DNA of 64,000 bases from Takakia lepidozioides. Lineage: Eukaryota; Plantae; Bryophyta. The translations under genes were made by a program, and so were the position numbers. The DNA lies in NCBI GenBank assembly GCA_030704615.1, contig CM060733.1, forward strand, positions 23,064,001 to 23,128,000, read 5' to 3'. Under the pieces are notes generated by a model. It did not search any database. It had not been told where the DNA came from and was given only the letters and a program-made list of their open reading frames with translations. Position 1 is the first letter of the stretch. Each line of letters opens with the position of its first letter. Shown here one piece after another: positions 50,731-64,000 of the stretch.

Positions 50731-51362
50731 GGGCTGGTTTACACGCGAGCCCGGCCAAGACCAAGAGAATGACATGGCTACCTACATGACATGATTTATG
50801 GCGCCAAATTCTTGGGCCCAGCCCAAAGGAAGGCTCTTGGGATAGAGACCCAACTCTTCCCCTTGGCCCCAAGAAACCTAACATTATTATTATTATTTTT
50901 AAAGCCTATCACAGCCGTATGATTGAGACATAGATGGGTTGTACGCAGGTACTCTCGACACCCACCTCGCGGCAACACGACGTAGCTTTTGCCACTGTAG
51001 AATCGGCGTAGAATCATCAGCTTACCAGCTGGTTTGTTGCATCTTGAGTACAGAAATGGAAGGTGAAGATTTGGCTGAGGGCTATTGTGCTATATTATGC
51101 TTTCTTGCTGCTTCCATGGTTTAGGGATTCAACATTTGTTGAAGACAAAGTGAAGCAAAGAAAAGAGAGAGTAGAAGCGGGGGAAGAGCAACATTATTGG
51201 TGTCCGTTGGGCCTTAGGCTTGGGCCCAATAGGTTTACACATAGAGGGCCCAACTTCTTAAATATCATATTTTAATCAGTTCATTCAGCCCAATTGTGGG
51301 CCCAAAAGCTCTAGTCTTGGGCCCATGATTTCTTGGGCCCGGGCCCTTGTGTAAACCGGCCC
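50731..51362. mobile_element. Tourist-like (PIF/Harbinger) MITE
   Basis: TIR GGGCTGGTTTACAC / GTGTAAACCGGCCC with TTA on both sides. Confidence 0.8.
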
Positions 51363-51365
51363 TTA

Positions 51366-51761
51366 GAGCGTCCTTCCATGTGGGAGGAGCCTGGCCCGCA
51401 GCAAGAGGAGTTTACAGACCGCTGGGAGAAAATAGCCGGGCTCTTGAGTGCATTTCCACCAATATGTAGAGCAAGGCGAGGGGGTGCTCTTTTTGGACTT
51501 TAGCATGAGGTGGTAGAGGACACTGCAAGTAAGTGGGACTTTAATGTGACATGGCAGGCAAGTACATGCTGCAATCAATTCGCGGTACTGGGCGGACAAG
51601 CTCAACTTTCAAGCTCTCTTCCCATTTTATTGGGCTACTCTACCCACACAAGAACTCGTCCACCGCCCCGCCGCCCCATGCATGGAAGTGAGAAGTATAC
51701 CGTGGCCATTTTTGCCCCTTTCCTCCCTTAAACGGTGGGCCGGGTACATGGAAGGCTGCTC
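51366..51761. mobile_element. Second Tourist-like MITE
   Basis: TIR GAGCGTCCTTCCATGT / ACATGGAAGGCTGCTC with TTA on both sides. Confidence 0.75.
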
Positions 51762-51967
51762 TTAATGGATAAGCCTAGTTCTCCATCTAGGCAAGATGTT
51801 TCCACAATGCCTCTATCCCTTGTGAGAGAGAGCCAATAAAAGGACTTCAATGAGGTTGCAGGCCTCGCAAGAGAAAAAAATAAAAGTAATTGACATGGGT
51901 CGCAAAACTTGATCGCCCCTTTGTGAAGTGGTGATTTGCAAGCGGTGCCCTGGTTGCAAGTTACAAC

Positions 51968-52309
51968 CAGTGTTGGGAGGTTCTTTGATTCAGCTACAAA
52001 CCCCCGGAGGTTATCAAGAAGGTTATATGGATATATAACCCTGGTTCTCAAAAAAACAAATAACCGGCAAAGGCTCATAACCGCCGGTTACGTAGTTTTA
52101 AGATAACCAGCCTGAAAACCGTCAAAGATCCGCCAAAGACCCGCTGGTTATTTGATGAAAACCGCCGGTTCTTTGAGGTTCTTACAATTAACTGGAACCG
52201 GTGGTTCTTTCCATAAAAAAATCTGAAAAAACCAGAACCGGGGGTTCTTTGATCCTAAGATTTGTGAGGAACCGGAGGTTGAAAGAAATCAAATAACCGC
52301 CCAACACTG
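51968..52309. mobile_element. hAT MITE (342 bp)
   Basis: 23-bp TIR CAGTGTTGGG(A/C)GGTT(C/A)TTTGATT, perfect 8-bp TSD GTTACAAC, internal AACCG/CGGTT motifs. Confidence 0.92.
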
Positions 52310-53268
52310 GTTACAACCTTGGAGGCAATTCACTTTGGGGCGACTAGGGGTGCCCCAGGAACTTGGCCCTAAGACACCTCCATCCTAGCCACAGAATAGC
52401 CATACTAGGCTATAGAATATTTCTAAAAATTACCCCGGGCTATGGGAATCTTTTCCGGGCTGGGATCATGTGACAAGACTGAGGTTTTTTGGATTCTCTG
52501 GTGGTCACCTTGCCCCGCCCCATTGGATTCACATCCACCCATACTCTTTATTTTCCTGGCAAAAAATCGCCATATTTTGACTTGAAAATGGGTCAGCTAC
52601 TTGTACAAAAGAATTACATGAATAAAATCTGAAAAACAAATCACCAAAAAGCGCCCATAGTTGAATTTTGATTTTGCCAATGTGGACCCGTTAAAACGTG
52701 CCACCTCGTATATAGCCCACTTTTCTAATGTTGCCCCCGTGGTTTCTCGCCACATGGACGCTGGGCAGAGTTCATATGGAGTGGCCCCTATGGTCATCAT
52801 AGAACAATGAAAAAATAAAAATAAATAAAACACTGCTCAAATCCAAGGGATCGCCTTTCTTTCTGATGCGGATTGTCCATTTAATGGTCTTTGGGTTGTT
52901 TTGTATGGGAGGAGGCATTTGGGTAGTTCACTGATTTTCTGATGCAACTGTCTACAATGGTCCTTGGGTTGTTTTATATAGGGGGAGGCATTTTCCTGAG
53001 CGGGTTACGCTGTGTGAGGTGAGGAACTTGCAAGATTAGTGTTGTATAAATATTTTATATAATTATATATTATATATACATACATTGGATTTTACAAAAA
53101 CAAAATTCGTGTTTGTAAACAACATGATATTTGATAAATTCTTAATTAAAAAAAACACTTGAATGATACCAATATTGATACTTGAAACCCAGTTGGTATT
53201 GTGATCATGATATTCAATACTCATATTATTTATCTTCTGTCATTACATATATCACACTACCATAGAGG

Positions 53269-53741
53269 TAGAGGCCGCTCTATTTCAACGGACCCCTGCC
53301 GAAATCATTAAATACATGCATGTCGCCAGGTCGGCAGGCTTAATGACAATATTAATTATTTCGTTCAGGCTTCATCCAATTTTTCAAGAATTGGACACCC
53401 GTGGGTACTTTTTTTCATTAAATTAGGTGGGCCATGTCAAGATTCACTTATAGTTGACATTCTCTCTTGGAAGTCATAATTATGGTTAGCCATAACTCTC
53501 TGTCAAGCCATAGTCATGGCTAATGGTAAATATTTTTAATAAGTCTCAAACTTTGTTTTTATTATTATTTTATTTTCCAAACTTGACGTTTAGGAGTTAC
53601 CATATTGCTACCTTTTGTTTTCAAAGTTCATCTTTTGAAGTGCAGATTATTCCCATATTTCGTCTACTCCCATGGCAGAATTTTAAAAATTTCATTCTCT
53701 CTTAAAGTGATTTAATTAAAGACGAAATAGAGCGACCTCTA
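53269..53741. mobile_element. MITE with 18-bp inverted termini (possible TA target)
   Basis: TAGAGGCCGCTCTATTTC ... GAAATAGAGCGACCTCTA with 1 mismatch. Confidence 0.7.
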
Positions 53742-55104
53742 TGGTCATATGAAAGTTTTGCAAGACCTTTGGTACTATACCAGTTTGGCATGTCCTAAAC
53801 TTGATACTACAGCAACACAGAACCACACATTCTAGCCGTGTTCTATAATGATCTCAGCCATACATCACCTGCCAATTTCAAAATACTCATACCAGAACAA
53901 ATGAGCAAGACATTATGGGAGTACTAATATGGCGGTTGTGTATAAAAATCTTTACCAGTCTGGTTTGGTATCTCACTGAGTCCAACATGTCTCTATGGCA
54001 CCTCTATGGAGGTTATTTTTTCCTCCTTGTTCTCCTTTTGCCACTTAATAAAATCCCCAAGGCCTCTGTTCCCTGTTATCAAAAAAAAAAAAAACATGTT
54101 TACATACTAGGCTAGTTTATCAGTCCATATACCAATATTTATACCAATCTTTGTCAATATAACAGACCAATAGTGGTGCGGTTGCAATGTCCTTGTTGAT
54201 ATTCGAATTCAATTTGAGCTCATGGCGCAACTTTTTGGATTGGGATGGATGGGATCTAGCTATTCTGTGAAAAAATTGATGAGATTTTGAAGTTACCTGC
54301 TTTTACTAAATTTTCAGGGATCGAACTTGAGCTTATCCTGTGTTGCTTCGACGTTATCAAGACTCACCAAGACGAGTCAACACTTTTACCAATAAGAGGG
54401 AATGTTGATGAAGCCATATTGAAATTTCAACGGTATTACATAAATTATGGAATTATTTTCAAACCCTACAACAGATGGTTGGGCTTTTCCAACATCAATA
54501 TTACCAATTTTCTGGTGAGTTCATGCATTTCTCTGTCATGATATTATATTTTGTATGCTTGCTTTGGACTTAGAAATTAAAAAATTAAATTATCGAATTT
54601 TGGTTTTTTTTTTAAGGTGACCCAGACGAAGGAGCTTCAAGCTTTCAACCCTCAATGGAATGTTATCAACATCAAACAACCAAATGTTAAATGTTCTTAC
54701 TCCAACCACATCGTAAAAAATGGACTATCGATGAAGATGGTTTGCATGATGCATGACTCACAAATACTTGGAAACAATTCTGGTCCACTTCTTATGTAAG
54801 CACTACATATAAATTACTATCATGTCTTGAGATTATTCATAATCATTTGTTTATATTGTACAGTGTTCATAGTTGATTGAATTTTTGTTGTTGGACTCTA
54901 TGCACAAAGTTTTGAATGGTGGTAAAGACGAATGATTTTGTTCTTGGTTTACATAGCTACAATTCCATATTTGAATACTCTGACAATCTTCAAGGAAATT
55001 TATTGCATCCAAAATTGGATTTTGAGGTCATACGCACCGACATTCATTTGGATACGATACGATTTGGATTGCAAACTCATTTGTTTTATATTGGCATATA
55101 TAAA

Positions 55105-55352
55105 TTGTTCTGAAGTCTCCCAAAACCTCGAGGCTGGCCCTGCTGGGGTCCAATTGCTGGGCAGCTCACGCAGAGCATTGTGTGAAGGGCTTTCTGGAGG
55201 AAATCTGGAAAGCCCAAATTAATGGTTTATATCAAGGTAAGTACTGGAGTGAGCCCCTCACAAAGGTCGTATCTGCTCCCTCTTGTTCCACCCAAACTGG
55301 GCACGGGGTCTATGGCCACAAGGCTACGGCAAATGTTGTCTTATGAGTACAT
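55105..55352 (+). mobile_element. LINE 3' end, third copy of the 40462 family
   Basis: WAAHAEHCVKGFLEEIWKAQINGLYQGK matches WANHTQQIDACVKGFLEDIWKTRINSIYDGK; same 3' tail ending GTCTTATGAGTACA. Confidence 0.8.
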
Positions 55353-58300
55353 TCTTTGCCTCTCCCCCTGGCTCTTCTGTGGACAGCCAGAATAAATTTC
55401 CTCTTCTCCATTCTCTTCTCTCTCTTATCATTCCAAAGCCATCTTGAATTACAAGTTTATCAAATAGCAAGTAAGTGAAAACAAATGAAATATACTTAAA
55501 GAAGTAAATGTACATAAGTACAAGTATGTAGGCATATGTACACATAAATTAATATCATACACATACTAGAGTAAGTGAGGAAGAGGGGAGGGGGGGGAGT
55601 ACTGGTATTGTGGCTAGTATGAAAAAATTGATTATGATATATGACCAAGTATTCCAGTGCATATACTAGTATATATATCAATCCTTCACCTATATACCAG
55701 TCCAACACTGGTATCGTCATTTTGTCTAAGTCATTGAAGGCTCAATGTCCTGAGGTATGTATTGCTTTCCAATGTTTCGAAGTTTCAAGAATGCCAGATG
55801 GAGGGCCATCTTGTCATAAATATAATTTCCAAGAACAAAATTGAGAAAATTAAAATCTGAACAAGTGAGGGGCTTATTTCACACATGCCGGGACTCGTTT
55901 TGGGTAGCAGAGGCAGGGTCAACAACTAAAAGTAACAATAGACAGTATTTAATGCAATACAACAAAAATGTCATACAAAGCAGAGTTTTTTTCTTAAAAT
56001 TCGAAAAATAGCACGAGTGGCTGAAGAGTTTTGCAAAAATTAGGCATATATTCTGTTCATCCATTCAAATTAGGACAGAATCATCCACATCCATACTTTC
56101 ATCCATTCATATCATCCATATTTGGCGAATTCATCCATAATTTTTACTTATTTTGCGATTTCATCCATGAAAAAACATGGAATTTGCTACGGAATATTCT
56201 TTTCTATTTTTTGAGGTCGCTATTTGGCGAAAATTCGCCAAAAAAAAAACGATGATACAAAGAAGTGAAAAACACACATGATAATGTTTGAATCGTTCAT
56301 AAAACAACATAAAGTCGAACAAGACCATTTCAATGAACACGAGACAAATTTAATCTATTGAAACCCAAGGCTTTGGCACTCTATTCAAGTAGGAATCAAG
56401 CTGAAATAAATTGGCAAACTTTTAAGTGACAAGATATTGTTACTGATTTTGTTCAAACTTAACATTGGCGATCATTGCTACAATATCACTCATGTTCTAT
56501 TTAATTAAAAGACCACCCAAGATTGCTCACATTACAATAGGCCTTTTTTCTTTTGGATTGAAAGCCTTGAGAGTTTTATTGAGGATTATTGACAATAGGC
56601 CCTTCCCATTTGGTGAGAGCGAAAAATAATCTGCTTTCATTTACAAGCTAGACTTTGATGCCACAAAAACTGAAGGAATTGGACCCAAGACGACAAGCTC
56701 TAACCTTTGGCAACCAACTTCACTATTGTGATTATTCTCACACTTGAAAACACCGCAATAAAAAATAAAAAATAAAATTATAAGAAAAATCAAAGGGGAG
56801 GGAGCCCTGTAAAAGCCTTTTTTCTTTTCTTTTTCTTTTTGAAAAGTCGATAATGTGTGTTTTGTTTCTTAATCTTTTACTAAAGGGGTGTAGTGTAGGT
56901 ACTACCTCAAATGGCCCACCACAAACAAAGAAGTCACGAAATCGAGGTAAAACAATCTAGGTCAAAACATTCTAAGTGTATGGTGCACCAAAATAGTTTG
57001 TTGCTAGTAGTGCGGGCCCCACTCTTTGAGGGGTTGCATGGACTTGCATGGAGGACACATGGAGCCCCATTTTGGTCCACCCCATCTTGTCTTTACCCAT
57101 CCCAAAAAGTTGATATGTAGCTCAAGTTGCTACATACCACAGAACAGGCCAGCTGCAGCCCATTCCAGCACGCCCCCTAACGTTCAGAGCAGGATGACAG
57201 CCACGTTGAACCTCCGTTGCCAACGATTCGGCATGTTGAATCTGTCTCTGTGGCATATTCGATTCTGCAAGCGGATTTCGGCAATCACCTTGCCCCCCCT
57301 TTTCTGCATAACAATTCGTCTAACGCCCTAGCCTGAGAATACCCCTCTCGGAGACATTCCTGTGTATAATCATTTTGTATAAGCTTAATAAGATCCACAA
57401 CAGTCAAGAATAATCGGCAGTAAGTTACCTGCTCATTACTTGGGCCGATTCTGACACTTATTCCGTGATACGTACAATCCACCGCCAAAACCCACACTTA
57501 AGTTAAAGTTAATAAGCCGCTCGTCCTTGAACATGCATGTAAGCGAAACAAGCGCAGCAAACATGATTGCGAAGTATTTATAAAAGATCTAACACGGATC
57601 CCAACAGCCCTGCAGGCGTCCATGTTAAGGTATGTACACGGTAAATATAGATGTCAGTAAAGTCCCGAATACGAGCGGAGAAGCCAAAGCGGTGTGTCAG
57701 CAACCCTGCAGCCCGCTTCGCACACTTGGCTGCAGGGCATGCCCACCCGCCACACGTCAGGGACTGTCCCCGGGTTTTGGGCGTGGGGCCTGTTCAGGCA
57801 ACTCTTGCAGCGCAGCTCATTATGGCCGCCGATTCCGCATGCCGCCACTCACCTTCTCCCGCCTATTCTGCACATTTATTAGTCACCCCTTCGGAAACTT
57901 CCTGAAATCCGATTGAAAAGCCCAGGGCAGAAAGTCCCTTCCAACGCCTCCGGCCTGCGCTTCATTGGGCGTTAAGAGCACCACGCGTCTGATTCTGCCG
58001 TTTTAGAGGCTCATTGTGGAGCGGAATAGGCGGGCTGCATATTTGGCGGCCGGAGGCTGTCTGCATAATGCATTATGCATAATCCGCTGCGTTCAGAGTG
58101 TAAGAGCATCCCCACCCCACACTGAACCAGCATGCCAAGGGAACATAAGGGTATGGTGGGCGGGACGTCCCACACCCTTGCGCTGAACCCTATATCCCGT
58201 GACAAGCTCGCACTGAATATGGTTCCGTGCACTGAACCCGAGCGGTGTATTCTGCGCACAGAAAACGTCCCTGAATCCAAGTCAACGTGACCAAGCGCGT

Positions 58301-60619
58301 GCGTGTCAGCATCTTGGCAGAGATCTCGCCCCTTCCGGCCAATGGGAGGTGAGGTGCGCGGGGATGGCGTGGGCGATTCCGGGACAAGGGTGTGCGCGAG
58401 TGGGGCTGCCGCGCCACAGAACTCAGCAGGCGCACTGAATAGATGACACTATCTTTTGTGTTACGTAGAGTTTTTCGGGCTCAAGGGTGGGGATGCTCTA
58501 ACCCTAAGCGAGGGAACGGCCCCTGTACAAACAGGGACAAAAATATGGGTGCTAATATCCAAATATCACGAAATGGTATGGGAGTCGGGACTACAGCGAG
58601 GGATTTTTGGCAGTTTGCACGTTGCCTGAATGTGGCTTGCCTTATGAGAAATAAGAGGTAAGCCCGACCGGCGGAGCGAGGGCTGGGGTGAGTGAAATTG
58701 GAGGTCGCTATGGGTTCCCTTGCATGGATTTCATGCAAATTTTATCGGCTGAATTTTGTTTAAATGTAGCATTGGGTTGTGAGAGAAACATGGTTTCCGT
58801 TGTTTTGTATATGACAAGGGTAACTGCCTGCCGAACGACATCCGGCCGGGCCCTTGTAGATTATTTCCCGTTCTGAAATTTTAGAGACAGGTGGACAACA
58901 TTATGAGGCAGGTTTAGTAGGGTATTTGAATTTTGTGTGATTTGGGTTTTCTGTTTACGGAGTTCCCTAGTGCTGGGTGGTCCAGTTCTTAGGGCCTAAA
59001 AATAAGTTGAATTCCAAGGTACAGCTCACAAAACAATTACTACATAGATCAGGTGATTTGAAAATATGTGGCCAGAAAGGTGACATTGGGTGAGTAATGA
59101 ATCTACAGATTTTTGGTGGAAACTCTGCTTGATATATCCCATACAGTTTGCCGATTTGCGACCGTCTCCAGGGTATATACACAACCAAGTCCTAATTTCC
59201 TTGGGTTGGGATTAAGGACACGCTTTGCTAATAGAATTCCCCCTACATTTTTGGTTGGTAGTCCCACAACCAAAATAAACTGTACCTGCACCATGACCAC
59301 AATCTAGTGCCCTTGGAGAAGTACAGAAAGCATAAAGCTGCTGGAACTATGTCTCAATGTAGCCACCAATGTTTTTTTTACCCTCTGTGAAGCTTGTTCA
59401 AAACATTGCCGGTGGCAAAGCTGCTGCCTCTTTCACTGTCCTTACTCAACTCCTCTGGCTCCCTGCAATTACAATTGAATGCTAGGGGCCCTCTTTGGAA
59501 GCATCAATCTTGCCTGTGACTGGAACTATTTGGCACTGTTCCTAAGCTCGTGTTCTCTCTTGGCTGCGGATCCACCTTTGGTGAGTCTGATTTCTGGGGC
59601 AAATCCTTTCTTGTATAAGACAGATGCAGTTGTGAAGGGGGTTACTGGCATCAAACTGATGCTATCACATGTGAGACTTGAATACTTACTACCAGCACCA
59701 GGGGACGAAGTCACTGCCATAAAAAATTTCACAAACTTGTTCCAGCCAGGACCATGAGGTCTTATTAGGAATACAATCTTACATTGCAGCTACCTGCTGC
59801 TTTGGGGGATATGCTCCTGCCACCGTCCACCCAAGACTGTTTTGCTGCCTTCAATCCCATAGTTAACAGGAAATCATTGAGCATCAAACTATGCATGTGT
59901 TGGTCTCTGTGAGATATCTACCTGTATCCATAACATTCTACATCCACTGGACCTCTCACCTTCCCACCAATTACTCTCATATTCCAGCAAGGTGCTCCTG
60001 CCCGGCGCTCAGTACTTGCCTGGTCCAAAACCCTTCTCATTAAAAGCCGCATGTTTGCCAGTTCCCTTGCAAATGTAAGAAAGCAGGTCGTTGCCTCTGG
60101 CAGTCTACACCTACAACATTCTTCCATGCTCAAAAAAGCAGCCTCCGTCGACCAAGACCCTTTTCATTAAACCTTCAAATGTACCCTTGTGAAGCGATCC
60201 ACAACGCATCACATCCCACACACTGCAGTCCAACCTGTCCCTTTGCACATTCCTCTCTAATACCAGCAAAATCCAGCAGGAGCTTCTTTGTTCCCATACA
60301 TAAAAAAGTGGAGTGAATCTCCCTTAGCTGTAAATGGAAGGAAGAGATGGAAGCTTGGGAGTGGTTCACTCCTATGCCTAGAAGGGGCACTCCTCGGGAA
60401 AAACTCGTTTCCCTGCAGCCTACCTCTGTTTGACGTACCGCACTGCTATTTGAGGACAATTTGTTACTTGATTTGAGCGCTAGAACTCAGCTGTCAAGCA
60501 TGCATCACCAACCAAATGCTGCAAGACTGTACACACCCGATGTTTCATCCAGCTTACAGACTTGATTGATCCTTTCTTGATTGACTTTGAAACAACAAAA
60601 TGAAGACGGCTCTTGGAGC

Positions 60620-63600
60620 TCATGACTTGTCCTTCTTTGCCATCGCCTCAGCCTTATGCTCCGTACCACCACCAACAACATAGCCAGCGCCAACCTGAAG
60701 TAAGTTGGCAAAGCAGTTAGGAATAATTGCTTCAGGACATAGTACACCGTGTAACTGCAAACAAACTGAAAATGCACATGAAGGGGGGTGGGAAAGCCAC
60801 CTGGCAGTCTTTCAGGATAGATCGCTCCTGCAAGTGTACGTTGCTGCACACTATAGAACCTTGAATCAGGCACCCATCTTCCACATTCACATAATTCATC
60901 ACAACAGAGTTGATTATCTTGACATTTGAGCCAATGCGGCAGTGCCTGCCAACAACTGACCGCTTTACACTGCACTTGTCCCCAAGTGTGGAGCCCTCTC
61001 CAAGCATGCACTGGGGACCCACCGTGGTCTTTAAGCCAATTTCTGATGTTTGATGAATGACGTTGTTGTGGTTTGAGACTGTGTAGCCCGTAAGATGGAT
61101 TGCTTCTCCTGCAACATCTCTGTTAATGTCAAGAAATGCCTGCATCCAATCATGGAGTTGCATGACGTGAGCATGTGAGGACCCAAGTCATGAAATGTAG
61201 GAGCGCCTGGAATATACAAGAACAAGATAAGTGGGGTCACAAGAATCTTCTAAGAAGTTCCTTTCTAATACCATATGATCCAATTTCATTAGTCAATGCC
61301 AAAGCAGCAATTAATGATACAGAAGTTCATTGAGAACTCCATCTGCCAGGGCAGAACGAACTTCTGCGAAGGGGTAAGCCTCAGACATCCCTTCTCAAAT
61401 AAATGGCATGATGACAGCGGCCGTCAGATAACCAATCACATCTTCAAGTAGATTAGCTTCAGATAGAATTTTCTCAAACATGAGCAACCATCCCTGAATG
61501 ACTTTTTGTATTTCAATTCAGCATTGGTGATCTTGAATGAGTTGTCTTTAGTACTCTAAAAACCTGATCCATCTGTGTTCAAGAAGTGACCAAAATCACT
61601 TCATCAAGGGTCCCATAACCCTTTAGAGTGAACCTAAGAAAGTTTTAAGCACACCCTTACCAGCAGTGAGTTAACTCGAGTGCAAAATTGGGCCTTCGTT
61701 GCTATGTAAGTGCAGCATCTCAATGGAGAGGCAACCACCCGATGTCCTCCCTGGGCTGCCCGAAATCGAAGCGCAAATGTCTCAGCATCGGGAAGAGGAT
61801 GCTGGAGGGCTCCAACCCCTTCACCAGCAGGTGATCCGACTGCCGTTACTGGCACATCTAATCGGAGTTGGGATCTAACCAGATAAGGAACCAGATCCTG
61901 TTTGATGCTCTTGATGCCTGCCCTTGATTCCAGAACCCCCTTGACAAGCAATCTGTTGAAGGCATAGAGGTGGGCATCTACTAGGTCAGTTCGAATCTCC
62001 AGCTGCCCAGCTGCACGCAGCAGGGAGCGCCGCACTCGCAACTCTCGGTCACTCTGCCCATTGCGAACGGGACGGGTTTAGATTTCTGTATGATTTTTTA
62101 CTAGTCAAGAGACTGATGGATAGAATCAAAGGGACAATGCTTGTTACCTCGGCATGAGGAAAAAGCAGATTTGAAACCTCCATATGGAAACTATACAGCA
62201 GCCTTACCCCTTGAAAATTGTGTTAGGTTGCTGAGTGAATGCTAAGGAAAGACTGCTAATGGAGTGTTCCTTGTTAAAATGTGTCATGAAATTCCAAACC
62301 TCACCTGAAATGTCCTAGAAATTTACTAGTCAAGAGACTGGTGAATAGCATAAAGAGAGAATGGTTGTTACTGTTGTTCAAAAGCACTATATGGAAACTA
62401 TACAGCAGTCCTGCCCCTTCAAAATTGTATTGGGCAGCCAAGTGAATTCTAAGGAATGAATGGGTTGTTCCTTGTTAATGTATCAGAAAAGTCCATATGT
62501 CACCTGAAGTTAGCTTCAACCCAAGGCAACACTGACCTTTGTGTCAGAAGCCATATACAAAAGGGATGAGTGTGTCGAATCCAGGGCAATAATGTCGCAA
62601 GGTGCCGGTTGCTTGGTCTTATCACCGGAGCCTGTCTCACTGGCACAAGGAGACGGGCGGGTGTAAAGTAGGGCAGTAACCAGTGCTCCCTGCCGCCTGT
62701 GGGCAGCTGCCACAGCCCCCACTGGAACATCGCAAATCAAATCTCCACTCACCACCAGGAAATCTTCAGCTGTGAGGCGGTGTGTTACTGCCCGCAGCGC
62801 ATCTGCCGTGCCTACATCCTCTGGTACTGCAGCTACCTAGTCCAGGAAGATTATTCTTGTCAGTTTTTTGTGAATTTTTTTGTATCTCAGCTAATCTCTG
62901 ACAAATCAAGTATTTGGACATTGCTGCTAATTTCTTCAGATTTGCAGAATGTCTAGTTACATGCTGACAACTGGTTAGAAATACTGGCATTCCCTTTCCA
63001 AAATGTTCCTATGAGATGGCTATACCACCTACATTGCACGAAAGGGCTATGACCTACATGCAACAGGTGCTCATACCTACTACTTTTTTGGGATAATTGT
63101 GCAACAACTTTTTACATGCTATAGGTTCCTAGTCAAAGCTGGATATAATTCACAAAGAAACACCTGACTCTAGGCTCTGTAGCAATCTACAAGCTAGCCT
63201 TGGGTCCTCTTCTTCATCTTCCTGTGTGCTTCCCCCACCCTCCTCCTCTTTGTACTTTCCAGAAACTGAGCGTGAGGTTTCAGGCTGACAATATGGAAGC
63301 TGATAGATTGCTTGCATTCACCAGGAGTACAACAAACTGGGCAGGTCACATACCCAGGTTGCTGTGTGAAGGTTTTGAAATAAACCCTTTCCACTTGCTA
63401 CAAGGAACTTTCGAGCACCTAATTTCTTGTAATTCATCCTGTGACCACGGCTAAAATCTAGATGCTAATATGAAAGCTACAGTATCCATAATCCTATGGG
63501 GCCAAACACAACTCTGTAGGTGCAGAGGACGATCCACCGTGCTCAGTAGTTTCAAGGACATCCCTCTCTGTGGCATAAAAGGACCCGTAGGCTCTTACGT

Positions 63601-64000
63601 GGTCTCAAGACCCTAAAATTCTGGAATAGCAGGACATGCCAGAAATTGGTGAGGGAATATAGAGAATTGTAAGCCGGTGTCTACGCATTAATCCCCAGTT
63701 ACATTAGCAAGCCGATATGCCCGTGCGCATCTCCCTGATGTGCCCTGTGTAGGTGGCCTTTCGGTCCTCCCAGGCCAGAATCTGACGCAACAAATCGCAG
63801 TGACACATTTGAAAGAGAAAGTGAGACCCACCCACGCCAACAAGGTAGACGCAAACCTCAACACGCAGGCGATCGTGAAAAGCTTCGGCAATCCATCCGC
63901 CAACTTGCAATGCTGCATCGTCCCCGGCAACAAGAACAATCATGTCCTTGAGTCCGCTGGCCTCTAGAAGCTCCAACACATACGATAGCACCGGCCTATT
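60620..64000 (-). CDS. EIF2B3: Translation initiation factor eIF2B gamma subunit (5' end outside window)
   Basis: Exons >64000-63857, 62836-62537, 62053-61661, 61139-60801, 60694-60620. Nucleotidyltransferase-like motifs (NRPVLSYVLELLE, GTADALR, VVSGDL, IRTDLVDAHLYAF, SIKQDLVPYLVRSQ) and C-terminal hexapeptide beta-helix. Confidence 0.93.

Noticed and set aside
58483-58507. G-rich stretch followed by CTAACCCTAA, resembling a telomerase RNA template
   Set aside because: No correctly spaced USE plus TATA Pol III promoter and no visible P1 pairing or pseudoknot; a 10-mer can occur by chance.
59479-60459. Short ORFs downstream of eIF2B-gamma
   Set aside because: No family motif or coherent exon chain could be built.

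Overview
Eukaryotic nuclear DNA from a land plant, probably a bryophyte-grade or other non-seed plant (inferred from gene structure and TE content). About 1-33.5 kb is a nest of transposon remnants: two interleaved Ty3/gypsy-type families (one with a PHD-finger integrase), two CACTA/EnSpm-like elements (one next to a SAM-domain ORF), Harbinger and LINE fragments, a SINE, foldback repeats and a bHLH pseudogene. One intact small Cys-rich gene resembling fungal KP4/Ecp2-type proteins sits among them. About 34-64 kb holds four spliced or long host genes: a trihelix transcription factor apparently fused to a LEAFY-type SAM domain, a PLS-class PPR gene followed by a decayed DYW domain, homogentisate phytyltransferase (12 exons traced) and the 3' part of eIF2B-gamma. 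Several MITEs with clear TIRs and TSDs lie between them. The top leads are the trihelix/LFY-SAM fusion, the fungal-like secreted protein and a circularly permuted integrase-PHD element with a 4-bp TSD. All assignments are by eye; no database search was run.
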